Counted from the stretch's first letter, positions 29,134 through 42,468 are shown. The stretch is DNA of 54,911 bases from Basidiobolus ranarum (GCA_040143965.1 JASJQH010000012.1:1-54911); one strand, 5' to 3'. A program made the numbers and translations. The notes: generated by a model not told the origin, from the sequence alone.

Positions 29134-30819
29134 TTACTCGGTCTTCATGGCCTTCATCTGAACACTAGTAATCCTTTGTCCAATTGGTTGATCATCGGTG
29201 TCACTATCATCGGATGGAGCATCTTCGCCTTCCTCCCCATAGGGATAGGCATTGCTGCCTCGATAGTAGAGAGACGAACGCGGATAGCCTTGTCCACTAA
29301 CATAATCATCACTACCTTCATCATCGTCGATGTAGTTTTCACTAAAATCTTCGCTTGCATCGCTATACATACCAAAATCCGACATCTTCTCGCGTTGCTC
29401 CATTGAAATATTAGGTACAATATAGCCCTCACTGCCTCGTCGATGACGTTGATAGAGTTCTTGTTCCGATGCAGGGATTACATCGGGCTTAACAATCCGC
29501 TGCTTGGGAACAAATGTGTTTGGTGGTCGATTTTTCTCAACAATGTATTCTGGCGGTGGCCAAATTACCGGAAGTTCTAAACAAAACGATATATCAGTAA
29601 TCATTCCAAATTACTAACAAAACACCAGTATATTTACTTAATCCATCGGCGACTGGATAATTCAAACCATCCCCGGGGACTGGAGAGGGCCACAGCCAAA
29701 GCCAAGGATTATCACCAAGTACCTGTTTGATATTCCTCAACACTCCTAAATGATAAGGATAATTGACCTTGTCCTGATTGACAGATATAAGTAAAGAGAG
29801 TCTCAATCATAACATTTGGTTCTACGTACTTTTTCAATACGCCCTTTCGAAACCATCTCATCGATTTTTTCGTTCTCCCACCCCTCAATGGTGGTAGTAT
29901 TCACACTCATACTCCAAAACTGCTGACCACTTAGAAATCCGACCAAAATGAGAACGAGGCCATCACCACATGTCGCCAATAAGAGCATAATTAACTCGAA
30001 TGTAGATGGGTACGGCTTATACCAATACTAAAGAAATTACTTTTATAAGCTTCAAGCTATTGTATGAGTTAATCGTCAGTATAAACTTACTCTAAAGTGA
30101 ACCGAATCATCGTATACTTCATATGCTCGAACACAGAGTAAATATAAACAAACTGAACACGTAACGTCCACGAAAAACAAGAATCGAATGAAATATCCGT
30201 AGTTATGATGGCCTACACATCCATTCACCCAAGGGCCTACAAACCATTTGAACATAAATTAGTGAAGAATTATAAAGTAATGAGGCAAGCACCAGATAAC
30301 AAGGACAAAAAGTCTTACAATGGTGATCCATTTTTAAAACACATCTGATTCACAAGTTGCCAAGGATTAGTTTATCTTCTGAAAGTTTAATCGTAAGTAC
30401 TGAAAGGAATACCTTTCACAACTACTACAATGATGAGATCTAGGGGGTTTGAATGCAGCACAAGTTCGGCAAAATCGAGGCTCATTATTTTTTTTCTTGA
30501 CTTCGATAATAGTGACATCCTCGCCTTCTAGTTTAGGCTCCTTTTTTAGGAATAGTCAATAAAGGCTCACTTATTTCAGTTGAGGAGAAATATTTCTTAC
30601 CCAGTTTTCAGGGATTTTGCCCGGATCAGTTATACAGGTCAAGTAATAATTCCAACACAGGAAGAATAAAAGAATATTAAAGGGAATAAGTATTGAAATG
30701 GAAGTCAAATTCCAGCCTCCATAGTGTGGTATCACTGCATATACTTGACAGGAAATGCCCAGAAAAGCAATCAAGAGACTAACTCCAGCGACAATAATTT
30801 GCCCAAAGTTAAAACTCAT
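29134..30819 (-). CDS. PFA4: DHHC palmitoyltransferase Pfa4 (multi-exon)
   Basis: [85 protein letters not shown]...GDGLNYPV...WPP. Confidence 0.92.
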
Positions 30820-31364
30820 CTTTAACCAAACTGCTATATATTATTCAGATTCAGAGGCTCTATTGAAACTAAGGAGTTGAGCCAAGAATACTTTGAGACT
30901 TGCTATCCAAGTCTTAGGTAATTGATATCAGCTCTCTAGTAACGTTCATCAATAATTTTGGTTTCTGACGTGCAATTCGGTAAATTCTAGGTAAATCAAC
31001 TGACCCCTTTTATCTACCAGAATCGGATGATTTTGGAATATAGTATAGGCTAAAATCAAATTTGTTATAGAATAGGTATTATCTCATTTTGGCTAGATCG
31101 ATCAATTCTACTGGATTGTTGGATAAATACGATTAAATAATTGGAGTAGGATAATTTCCCAAAAGTACCAGCTGCAGAGTTGCTTTTGTTGATTAAATCA
31201 ATTCATATTCTATTTTTATTAATTGTTTTCTGTCATGATCCCTACGATGCATGATCGCCAGAAACTGGCAAAAAAGTTGGTTCAAGTTACGACTATTTTA
31301 AACTGCGAACAGTCTCGTAGTAACTACATCTCAAACACTTCTACCTAGTAACTCCATCGTAAAC

Positions 31365-34300
31365 ATGGTATTTGGCCAGTAAAGACATAATAAACTGATG
31401 TACGAAGTAATTTATTCTTTTTATTCTCACTATAATAGCCGCAGCCTTCGAAAGCTGATTGGAAAGACAGTTTCAAGAAAAAGCAAGTCGGTGTCTCCGA
31501 CATGACTTTGCTTTCAAAGGTTCACAACGACACCATCAATGATAATCTGGAGAAACGTTTTCAAAACGGTGACATCTACGTAAGCTATTTGTATGTAAAC
31601 TATCGTGTAACTCTTGTTTACCGAATTTTATTCTGTGGTGCCTTCATCTAGACCTATATTGGTCATGTATTAATCAGTGTAAATCCTTTCCGGGATCTTG
31701 GGATATATACTGAAGAAATACTTCGCAGTTATACCGGGAAAAATCGTCTCGAGGTAAAGAATGCCATATTTGTCTATTTGTTACTTATTCCTGACTTGAT
31801 GTTTCTTAGGTTCCTCCACATGTTTATGCCATTGCCGAAGCCTCTTATTATAACATGGTGAGCTACAAAGAGAACCAGTGTGTCATCATTAGGTAGTTCA
31901 AACAAGTTGTTTCTCTTTTATCATGTTGCATAAATTCAAATTCAATTCTTTTCATATAGTGGAGAATCTGGTGCTGGTAAAACTGGTAAGTCTTCTCTAT
32001 CTTCTTTCAACTATGTTATTTGGTAATAATCATTTTGGACCTATTTTATTGTTTTAAACAGAGGCTGCCAAAAAGGTAAATTCTATAGTACGTTCGCACT
32101 TTAGCGATCTCATTATAACTTTGCCACTTAATGCAGATTATGGAGTATATTGCTACGGTATCTGGTGAACAATCCTCTTCTATTAAGGAGATTAAAGATA
32201 TGGTCCTTGCTACCAATCCCCTTCTTGAAAGTTTCGGTTGTGCTAAAACCCTCAGAAATAACAATTCAAGTCGTCATGTAAGAGATTTAGCCAACATTCG
32301 ATTAAATCTGTATTTGTTTTCTAACGCTACCAAAGGGTAAATATTTGGAGATCAAGTTCAACCAAAACGGTGAGCCTGTTGGCGCCAACATTACCAACTA
32401 TCTTCTTGAAAAGGTTTGTGTCCTTCATTTAGTTTATTGGTTTATGGAAATATATTAAGACCCTTCTTATCTAGGGAAGAATCGTCTCACAAATTGAGAA
32501 CGAAAGAAATTTCCATATCTTTTACCAATTTTGCAAAAGCGCTTCCGATCATTACAAAGGTATTTCTTACACTTTCTGTCGAAAGAGCTTTAACGTGAGT
32601 GATGAAATATTAACATTCTAATCTAGAATTGTTTGGAGTTGCTGGGCCTGAAAATTTCTTTTACACTGCTCAAAGTGGTTGTTTAGAAGTTGAAGGAATA
32701 GACGATATTGCCGACTATCAAGAGACTTTGGTTTGTGCAGTTCACACTTAAACTTGCAACATAGTGTTTACTTACCTAATTGTTTGCTAATTCTAGCGTG
32801 CTATGAATATCGTTGGTTTGTCGCAAGAGGAGCAGGACAACATTCACAGAACATTGAGTGCGATTTTATGGGTTGGTAATGCCCAATTTGAAGAAGGAGA
32901 TGACGGTCAAGCCTTCATATCCGACCCCAATGTTACTCAGTTTATTGCCTATCTTCTTGAGGTGGATCCTCAGCTTTTGAGCAAAGCTCTCACCACCCGT
33001 ATCATTGAAACTAAAAGAGGTGGATTAAGAGGCTCTGTCTATGAAGTTCCTCTTAATCAAACCCAGGCAGTTGCTGTACGTGATGCTTTGGCCAAAGCTT
33101 TGTATGATCGTATGTTCGAATGGATTGTCGCTAGAGTTAATGTTGCTCTGAAAGAAAGAACGAAGTCTGATTACGTAATTGGTGTCTTGGATATCTACGG
33201 TTTCGAGATTTTTGAGCACAACAGTTTCGAACAACTTTGTATCAATTATGTAAATGAGAAACTTCAGCAGATTTTCATTGAGCTTACCCTTAAGGCCGAA
33301 CAAGAAGAATACGTTAGTGAGAAGATCAAGTGGACTCCTATCAATTTCTTCAATAACAAGATTGTGTGCGACTTGATCGAAGAAAAGCGCCCACCTGGCA
33401 TTTTCGCAGCCATGAATGACGCTTGTGCCACCGCCCATGCTGATTCTGCAGCGGCTGATCAGTCCCTCATTCAACGCTTAACTATGTGCTCACATAATCC
33501 ACATTTTGAATCCCGTGGTGTTCAATTCGTGATCAAGCATTATGCTGGTGATGTGGTTTACAGCACCAGTGGAATGACTGACAAAAACAAAGACCAGTTA
33601 CTCAAGGATCTTCTGGATCTTGTTCATACTAGTGGCAACTCTTATCTGTCGGATCTTTTCCCTGAAGAAGTCAACAAAGATTCGAAGAAACGTCCACCTA
33701 CTGCCAGTGACAAGATCAAATCTTCCGCTGGGGCACTTGTACACAATCTGATGCAAGCACAACCCTCATATATTCGTTGCATTAAGCCCAACTCCAACAA
33801 GAGTTCCAAAGAGTTCGATCAAAAGATGGTACTTCATCAAGTGAAATACCTTGGTCTTTGTGAAAATATTCGAGTTCGTCGTGCTGGTTTTGCTTATCGT
33901 CAAACATTTGAAAAATTCGTTGAAAGATTCTATTTGCTCTCTGGAAAAACCTCCTACGCTGGTGAATACATCTGGCAAGGGGATGCTAAATCTGGTACTG
34001 AAAGAATTCTTAGAGATACTGGAATTGTGGATGAAGAGTGGCAACTCGGTGTGACTAAAGCTTTCATAAGACATCCCGAAACTCTATGGGCTCTTGAGCA
34101 CTTGCGTGACCGTTACTGGCATAATATGGCCATCCGTATTCAACGTGCATTCCGAAACTATCTCCAATATAAGCATGAATGTGCCACTCGTATTCAACGT
34201 TGCTTCAGGAAAAATAAGGATCAAATTGCTTTTGTTCAACTTCGTGATTATGGTCATCAGGTTTTGGCCGGAAGAAAAGAGAGAAGAAGATTCTCTCTTT

Positions 34301-35808
34301 TGAGTATGCGTCGTTTCATGGGAGATTATCTAGGAGTCGGTGGTAATGGGACCGCAAGTGAACCACTTAGAAATGCCTGTGGATTTGGATCTGAACAAGT
34401 AGTTTTCAGTGGTAAAATTCAACTACTTGCACCTCGTCCTCTTCGTTCAAGTAAGCCCAGCCCTCGTAATTTAGTGATGACTACTTCTGCAATTTACATC
34501 GTGATGATCGTTGTTGAGAGAAAACTGGCCACCATGAAACTTGAAAGAAAAGTCGGTCTTAATGCTATCAAGGACATTAACATGTCTCATTTAAGAGACG
34601 ACTGGATGGTCATCAATGTCCAAGGTGAACCATCGTTGGTGTTTTCTGTCGATTTCAAGACTGAATTGACCACCCATCTACTTCAAAGATCCAACGGTCG
34701 TATCACAGTGAATATCAGTCAACAATGCGAGTATTTGAACAAATCATGCAAACCTGGCACACTTAAATTCGCCAAAGATCCATCCATTACAAGAGATGCT
34801 GTTTACAAGAATCATGTTGTAAGCGTTGGTGAAGGTGAACCAGCTAATAGTGTATCCATGCCTCCATGTAAGAAGAATGAAGCCGCTGTTCGTCCAATCA
34901 CCACTGGAAAACTTTTACGAAAGGGAGGCCCCAGTCAAAGTAAGCCCGTACCTCAAGCTCGTCCACTTCCTCAAGAACAACCTCGTGTCCTTCCCAATAA
35001 TTCACGCACTGCTACTCAACCTAAATATGGTTCTCAGCCACCTCAATCTGCTCAGACCACTCAACAGCCAATCAATCCGGTTGCTCAACCCAAGTTCAGT
35101 CCTCAACCTACTCAACAACCAGTCAACCCAATTGCTGAAGCAATTACAAATAGAGTTGTTCCAAATAGACCTACTCGGGCCAGCCCACCTCCGGCACCAG
35201 CGCCACCTCCACCACCACCACCTTCCAAGCCCAGATTCAAAGCCATATATGACTTCAATACTGGAGGAGATGGTGAGATGGGACTGAAAAAAGATGAGAT
35301 AATGGAGATTGTAGAAAAGGATGATAATGGTTGGTGGTTAGCGAAAAAGGAGGACGGATCAGAAGGTTGGGTTCCCTCAAACTATTTGGTAGAAATAGAA
35401 GAGGTTAAACCTCTGGCTCCTCCCTCTCGCCCTAGCAAACCACAGGTTGCTAAACCACCCTCTCCTCCAGTGGAAGCCCAAAGAGAGGTATATCAACAAT
35501 CTCCACCTATGTCCAACGCTGAACAAGCTAGCGCCTCCACTGTTCCTAGTTGGAAAGCAGAACTTGCTGCCCGTAATGCATCCAGATCATCCACTTCATT
35601 CGGTCAAGATCCCGTTCCTTCTCAAAGACCAGTTCCTAGTGTTGGAGCACAAAGGAATCCAGTAATTCCGGCTAGACCTGGAGCACCTACTGCCTCTTCC
35701 CGACCCTTCATCGCTCCTAAACCAGGAAGTATGAATGGAAACAGCAATATAGCTAGATTGCAATCGGTTCTGGCTCAAGGGCCTATGGGACAGCCAAGGA
35801 AAGAATAA
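31365..35808 (+). CDS. MYO1: Class I myosin (motor-IQ-TH1-Pro-rich-SH3), about 11 exons
   Basis: [52 protein letters not shown] site [12 protein letters not shown]3 (AIYDF...GWW...GWVPSNYL). The first exon is inferred to be ATG only. Confidence 0.95.
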
Positions 35809-36118
35809 GAGATATTTTAATATCGATAAATTTTTATATAAACATGGCACACTTCTTTTATTTACCAAATCCTTAGCTTTAATATATCTCGAGATAATTT
35901 CGATGAAAATCTAAATCCCAAGATAATTAGATTTTCCCTTTGACATTATAAATTCCCCATATCAATAGTATGTAGAGATGATCAAAAAGAAACCTTTCAA
36001 TCCCAGCCACCCTAACCTAGGCTTACCTTATCTACACCAAATATCAATGAAACACAGTAAGGAATTTTCAATCCATCAAGAGGAATTTAATAAATATAGT
36101 AAATCTAAATGACTTTTT

Positions 36119-36547
36119 TTAATTTAATTTAGCTACTTGTGCACTAATACGATCAAGATCACGTTGACCATCTTGAGTAAGTTTACGACCACCATTATCT
36201 GACTTCTCAATGATATTGATCTTTTCCAAAGATTGAAGAACTTTACGAGCAACGGAACCAGAACCGTCAGCATGATGAGAGGGACGTGAACCACGGTTCT
36301 TACTACCACCATGAAGTCTCTTCAAGTGACCAACACCAACTGACTTGTGAAGGTATACGTGACGTGCAACTGAGGCAGCTCTAACATAAAACCAGTCTTG
36401 GTTATAGGGACCTAATTCCTTGTAGGTGGCAGTCTTGGCAAGATCTACCCACTTGGGAACTTCGAGTTTGTTGGAACGCTTCAAATGTGCGGCATAAGCT
36501 TTGATGAAATCGTGGGCGTTGACGTCCTTGACAGTGATACCAGCCAT
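36119..36547 (-). CDS. RPS19: 40S ribosomal protein S19 (eS19)
   Basis: MAGITVKDV...VPKWVDLAKT...WFYVRAASVARHVY...GRKLTQDGQRDLDRI. Confidence 0.98.
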   Translation of the reverse strand: MAGITVKDVNAHDFIKAYAAHLKRSNKLEVPKWVDLAKTATYKELGPYNQDWFYVRAASVARHVYLHKSVGVGHLKRLHGGSKNRGSRPSHHADGSGSVARKVLQSLEKINIIEKSDNGGRKLTQDGQRDLDRISAQVAKLN

Positions 36548-37226
36548 CTATATCAATATCAACGTATTTTTAGCTTCTTCTGGAAAGGATATTATATCTA
36601 TGTATCTATATATCATGAAAAATTTCGAAGGAGAATGGGAGGGGGTAGGAAATATTTAACTGACAAGGTGATGGTTTAGAAGGTATATTATAAATATGTT
36701 GTTTTTAACGACTCCATGGGACTCCACTTGAATAACAAACTTCGTTTAAAAAGGTAAGGTTGACTTTGAGGATTTGAAAAGGAAACATATTCGAATAAAA
36801 ATATCACTCTACTTAGATTGTAAAATCATTTTCAATTACCAACCTTGGTTTGTTCTGTTCGAAGGAAAAAGAGAACGAACACACATTACACATAAGACCT
36901 TATACGAAATTAAAAAAAGTGAAAAAAAACCTAATGTTTTAACAAAATTCATCATCAAATTGAAACTAGGGTAATTATTGAGATTGGGAATTTATCGATC
37001 TTTGGATATGAATCTCTATCTCTCCCGTTATTATCTAGAAATATGTTCGGATAATAGGTGCATTTATAAGTTAGATATTTATTGATATTTGATTCATATG
37101 CAAATTAATAAAGAAAGGTGCTCAGCTCAACTTTAGTTCGCTTTATTGAAGTGACAACGATTGGTGTAAGGCAACGTTTCCTACTAATAAATATGTGTAC
37201 AAAGACACTTGATGGATTCTCAAACT

Positions 37227-40200
37227 TTAAGGAGTCCATTGACTCTTCAAGCTTAATGCCATAAATGAGAGACGGTCTGTAACTTCATCGATCTAAATAA
37301 AATATCGGATTAAATTCATGTATTTTAAGTCACTAATGATATGGGTATTCGGTGTTTAACTTACTCTCTTCTTGGTTGGTTTACCCGCGCCATGACCGGC
37401 CTAGAGTACAATATCAATCAAATCAACGGATGTTTAATGGCTTCAAGATTTTTAGATTCTTACCTTTGTATCCACTCGAATAATCAAAGGATTGACGTTC
37501 TCGTGACAAAGATGCTGAAGTGTCGCAATCAACTTGTGAGAGTGTAAAGGCACACTACAAGGTAGAGTCAGTTAATATCTCTAGAGTTTCTGGGAGTTAT
37601 ATCAAGGTGTAAGCTTACACTCGGTCATCGTGATCGCCAGTGGTTAACATATAGGGCGGGTATGGTTTCTTTGTTTGAACATTATGTAATGGCGAATATT
37701 TGTAGATAAAGTCGAAGTCTTCTGGGCTGTCTGGATTTCCGTAGTCAGATTTCCTATGCATTAGGTAAGAATAAATGGAAATAGAAGACTGGGAGATCAT
37801 ATGTAATTAGTTACCAGGCATGTCCAATGGTAAACTTATGGAATCTCAACATGTCCATCACGCTGAAATATAAATTGCACGAGTTAATAATGGTTCATCA
37901 TTAGGCTATGAATATCCTACTTACCCCACATCAGCAACTCCGCATCCGAAAAGCTCGGGAGCTTGATTCATACAGGCACCTAGGTTTGTAGAAGATGTGT
38001 TATTATGTATTCCTGGGGTGTTTAGTCTACGATAAAGGCAGTCTTACCTACTAACAAGCCACCGTTTGATCCACCATTGATGGCAATCCTTATCGGAGAA
38101 AGGTTGATGAGAGATGTGAAAAAAGAACGAAGTTCAAGAGAGGAATCTACTTACTTCTCTGGTTGAGTATACTTCTTCTCTATCAGGTATTTGGCTGCAT
38201 ATTGGAAGTCATCGAATACATTCTGCTTCTTGGCGAGAGTTCCAGCTTGATGCCATTCTTCGCCATACTCACTAATAAATCAGAAGGTTAGAAGATACGA
38301 ATGGTAATGGTGAAATTATTGTCGAATTTACCCTCCACCCCGTAAATTGGGGATTGCAACTACTCCATTGAAATGCTTCATAAAAGCAATCCAAGATGGA
38401 CTGAACATGGGTGATAATGAGATGCTGAAACCACCATATCCGTAGAGTAATGTGGGGTTATTTCCATCCATTGGTAAATCCTGTATTTACAGAGTGAATA
38501 AATGAACTCAATCAGTAATGGTGATATTTCCTTATACCTTTTTATGGTTGATAAACATGGGGATCTTGGTACCATCTTTAGACTCGTAGAAGATTTGTTC
38601 GGTAACAAACTCATCGCTATCAAAGCCAGAAACCTTGGTTGTTCTGAACACAGACAATCTCTGCTCCTCGTCAACTTCTTTTGAGAAGGAATACCGATAG
38701 ATGATACCAGGATTGAGGAAAGAGGCAAAAGAAAAGAATAGTTCATCGAATTGACGACGGGTGGACAACGATGTAACTGTTCCAATTGGGGTTGGAATAT
38801 CCTTGAGTACAGAACCTGTCTTCAAATCATGAATGCGTACAACATTCTGCAATTAACCCAAGAGAGGTTTGTCAGTCAATGTGTCTGTGAACTCTCATAG
38901 CCATTTGAAGGGGAACAAACCTTGACGTCTTCCAAGTAGATAGTAACAAGGTTGCTTTGATTAGTACAACGAACAGTTTCCAACACGCCCTTTTGCTCGG
39001 GTATCAACTCCACGAAGCCCTAACAAAACAAAAGGTTGGTCATGGTAGATCGAGAAAGACGCGGTGCTCAGCTCGTTACCTCTTTGGGGTTATTCAAATC
39101 ATATTTGACAATCTTGTATCTAGGGGCGTTCAAATTGGTTTTGAAGTAGAAGAGTGAATCATCGTTGGCAATGCTATAAGTGATGATGTTAGTATTCGTG
39201 GATACGAGATTGATGTTGAATCCAGATGAACAGTACTAGCTATACTCGGCGTCCAGGTTGTCCACAATCTTGTTATACTCTATTTTGTCTAATACAACGA
39301 GATCAGTTGAGATTTCTGTATGCCAAATCAAAATCCAAAATACCTGTAATGGCACCACCGGTTTTCTTGAGATCGGCAATGAAGAGCTTATTAACCGGGT
39401 CGCAGGTCTCTGAGATCGAAAGGATCAAAAAATCACCATCATCAGTGACTTCTGAGCCAAACATATAATGAGGATGCTCAGGATCCTTGAAGATCATGAT
39501 GTCTTCTTCTTGGGAAGTTCCAATTCGATGGAAGTACAGCTAAATGATGAAACGACCCCATATTCAGTATATAGAACAGAGTCAGATATAGTTTAAAAAC
39601 CAACCATGGCATTAGTATTGCTGCCAGTTTCAGTGCCAGCTTTGTCGTCGCCCACAGAGGGCTTGGGATATCTCTATTTTGAAATGAAGCCAGCGTTAAT
39701 ACCTTTCAATGACCTAGCTATAGTTTCTCACTCATACATTGTAAAAGAATCCAGAGTCATCATGGGCCCAAGTAATTTTGGTAAATTTGGCCCAGCGGAT
39801 TTGATCCTCAAGGTCTTGACCGCTAGCATCAGTGTATTTGACGTGAATAGTAACCCAATCACTACCACTTTTACTGATACCATAACCAAAGAGTTTCCCA
39901 CTATCAGAAAACCCATAAGTGTTTAATGAAGCAGTACCGTCAGCTTCAAGAGTATTAGGCTGATTTGGGATTCAACGTTAGCAAAGAATGATGTAAAATA
40001 ATCAAGGTTTAAGCATTATACATACATCCAAGAAGACGGTTGGTTCAGCATTCAATGATTTTTGTTGGTACAGGATACTAACAGGTACATAAAGAATTAA
40101 TAGCGTTCAGAGAGTTACATTAAGATAAACAGACATCGTTCAAACCTTTGAGGTTGTAAGCCGCTATTGTAGAAATAGTAGTAATAATCCCCACGTTTGA

Positions 40201-40735
40201 AGGGACAACTATACTTCTCATAGTCGAAAAGCTTGGTGAGCCTAGGATTCAAGCAGTTAGATCATTGTATTGTATAAAGGTCTACATAAAGAATAAATAC
40301 TTCTCTCTAAGTTCTTCGCGATGAGGATAAGATTCTAGATGGCTAAAGGTAACCTTATTCTGCTCCTCGACAAAGGCCTAGGAAAGTTAAAATAGGTATA
40401 GTTTGAATGTTAAAGGTCCATCAAAGTAAGAGATGGACATACGAAACTACTAACCTCAGTTTCGGCGGAGTCTGGGTCTTCTAACCAACGATAAGGATCG
40501 ATCACTTTAACTCCATTAAGATTCTCCACAATAGTGGTATCTCTGCGTACGGTCGGATATGCCCATTTCATCTTGAATCTATGAAAGTAAGGAGGCTAAG
40601 CAACACATCTGTAAAGATAAAATACCAAAATAAGTTGTCTCACCGTTTAGATATTAATAAAGGTCTGCTGGTAGGGGTTTGTCTAAGCTGAGCAGACAAT
40701 GACTGTCGAACCAAATGAATGAGTGGAATACGCAT
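37227..40735 (-). CDS. Prolyl oligopeptidase (S9A), many exons, with a putative N-terminal targeting exon
   Basis: YPTVRRD...[30 protein letters not shown], catalytic Ser in GGSNGGLLV, Asp in GDHDDRV, His in AGHGAGKP. An alternative second start lies at 40571. Confidence 0.92.
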
Positions 40736-41187
40736 TTAGGAAAATCCAAATTTTAGATTGTGCTAATACCTTACATTCTTCAACCTCATAACTATAACCC
40801 TAAGAATATTTCATCCCGATTTCCCATCAGCAAATCATTATTGATCAATTCCGCTAATAAATAATAAGTAATGGCATTCGTGTACAACTAACTTGTTCAG
40901 GAAAGGCTGAACGAACAATGTTGAACAACGATTCACCAACTGGTTACGGTTCCAATTGATTGGGGAAGTTGTACTTCAAGTAGAACCAAACTAGATTACT
41001 TGTAGTTGTTAAGGTGAGGCTAATAACATCTCGATAGAAAAATCTAGTGATACACAGAGTTTGCAGGACTATAACCAGTTAGTGAACTTAAAGTTAGCTT
41101 GTGACAAGATCAAACAACTCATATAAAGAGCCTACCCCTCAGCACATTTCCGTACTTCTCGATCACACCACTAAAGGCTATTTTCTC

Positions 41188-42155
41188 ATGACAACCCTGA
41201 TGCAAGAAACCCAATGGTCAGCACACTCTCCGCTTCCATCACAGTCTGAAATAACTTCTACTAGCGGTGACTATTCAAAGTATGTATCTTCACTAGGCAC
41301 TATATAGACCACCTATTCACCAATTTAAAGCTTTGCTTATCACATGAACAAGTTGGTCTCGTATCCGATGTATCTACCCAATCTGAATGATATCCCAGCA
41401 TTTAATGCCATTCCACCCAGAAACAAAGCCGACTCTTTAGGTCTTTCTAAAGGAGCTAGTCCTTACTTCACTGAGACCCATCAACATGCTGTATTGTATA
41501 GTTTAGACCGGACGAGAGGGTAAATTACAATCATCCAATTCCTTAATCTAGTTCTAAAACGAACAAACCGACTCACCATTTATGGTTAATTAGTTACACA
41601 GTTCAGATTCATTCTAAATTTGGGGAAGACTTTTTCCTAGCTGAGGATAAATGGACATGTTATCGAAGAAATTACTTTCAAGTTAGCAACTCGTTCGTGC
41701 TACTGGGATCCGACCAACTTGATTGTCCATGTCTAGTGGAAGTAAATGATGTCCAACATAGAGTGATTCAATTTCATGTCGGCATCACCGCTAAAGTGTC
41801 CAACAGTAACAAGATGATCGATCTCATTCAACATACGCCAAAGCGAGATAAAGGTCCTCAAATTACTCCTACCACCAGACCTATACGGGCTCAAGGAAGC
41901 ACTGACCTTTTCTCTGAGCAAACTACGGTCACCTTCGAACGAATTCAATTCAAAACTGCCACAGCTAATAATGGGAAAAAACGAGCTGCTCAGCAACACT
42001 TTGTACTTGTGGTGGATCTCTTTGCCGAGTGCGATAATGGTAGAAAAATCAAAGTGGCAACTACTCAGTCTGCCTCACTGGTGGTTCGTGGTCGTAGTCC
42101 AAGTCACTATGCTGAGAGTCACTTCAATATTGTTAATCTGACACTGCCAGTATAG
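41188..42155 (+). CDS. Ndt80/PhoG-family DNA-binding protein, 280 aa (exons 41188-41279, 41331-41519, 41594-42155)
   Basis: FFLAEDKWTCYRRNYFQV, LIQHTPKRDKGPQ, FERIQFKTATANNGKKRAAQQHF, VVRGRSPSHY. Confidence 0.93.
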
Positions 42156-42468
42156 GAAGCAGTATAGGTACAAATGGGAGTTCACAATATTATAGATTAA
42201 TTGGTTTAACTGGATATTTAACCGAATATATTCGCTTTATTATTCGCATCTTTAAGATACTGGAAATGGGGTACACAATATGTTATTCAGAAATAATAAA
42301 AAATATAAAAGTATAAAGGAACACTGGAATGCGCAATGTGGATTTTGTTATAGATTTGGTTATTTCCGTCTAATAGGATGAAAGGAAATCCCTAAAATCA
42401 AAAACTCTAAGATTCATACTACAAAGGATGCTTATTTTTGACAATGAAATAAATAAAAATCCTTGGAG

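Noticed and set aside
36584-36592. ATATCCTTT (U12 AT-AC donor consensus) on the minus strand upstream of RPS19
   Set aside because: No U12 branch site follows; likely chance in AT-rich DNA.
37227-40735. Prolyl oligopeptidase as a RiPP macrocyclase (POPB-like) gene cluster
   Set aside because: No MSDIN-like or repeat precursor peptide and no tailoring enzymes were seen nearby; the neighbours are housekeeping genes.
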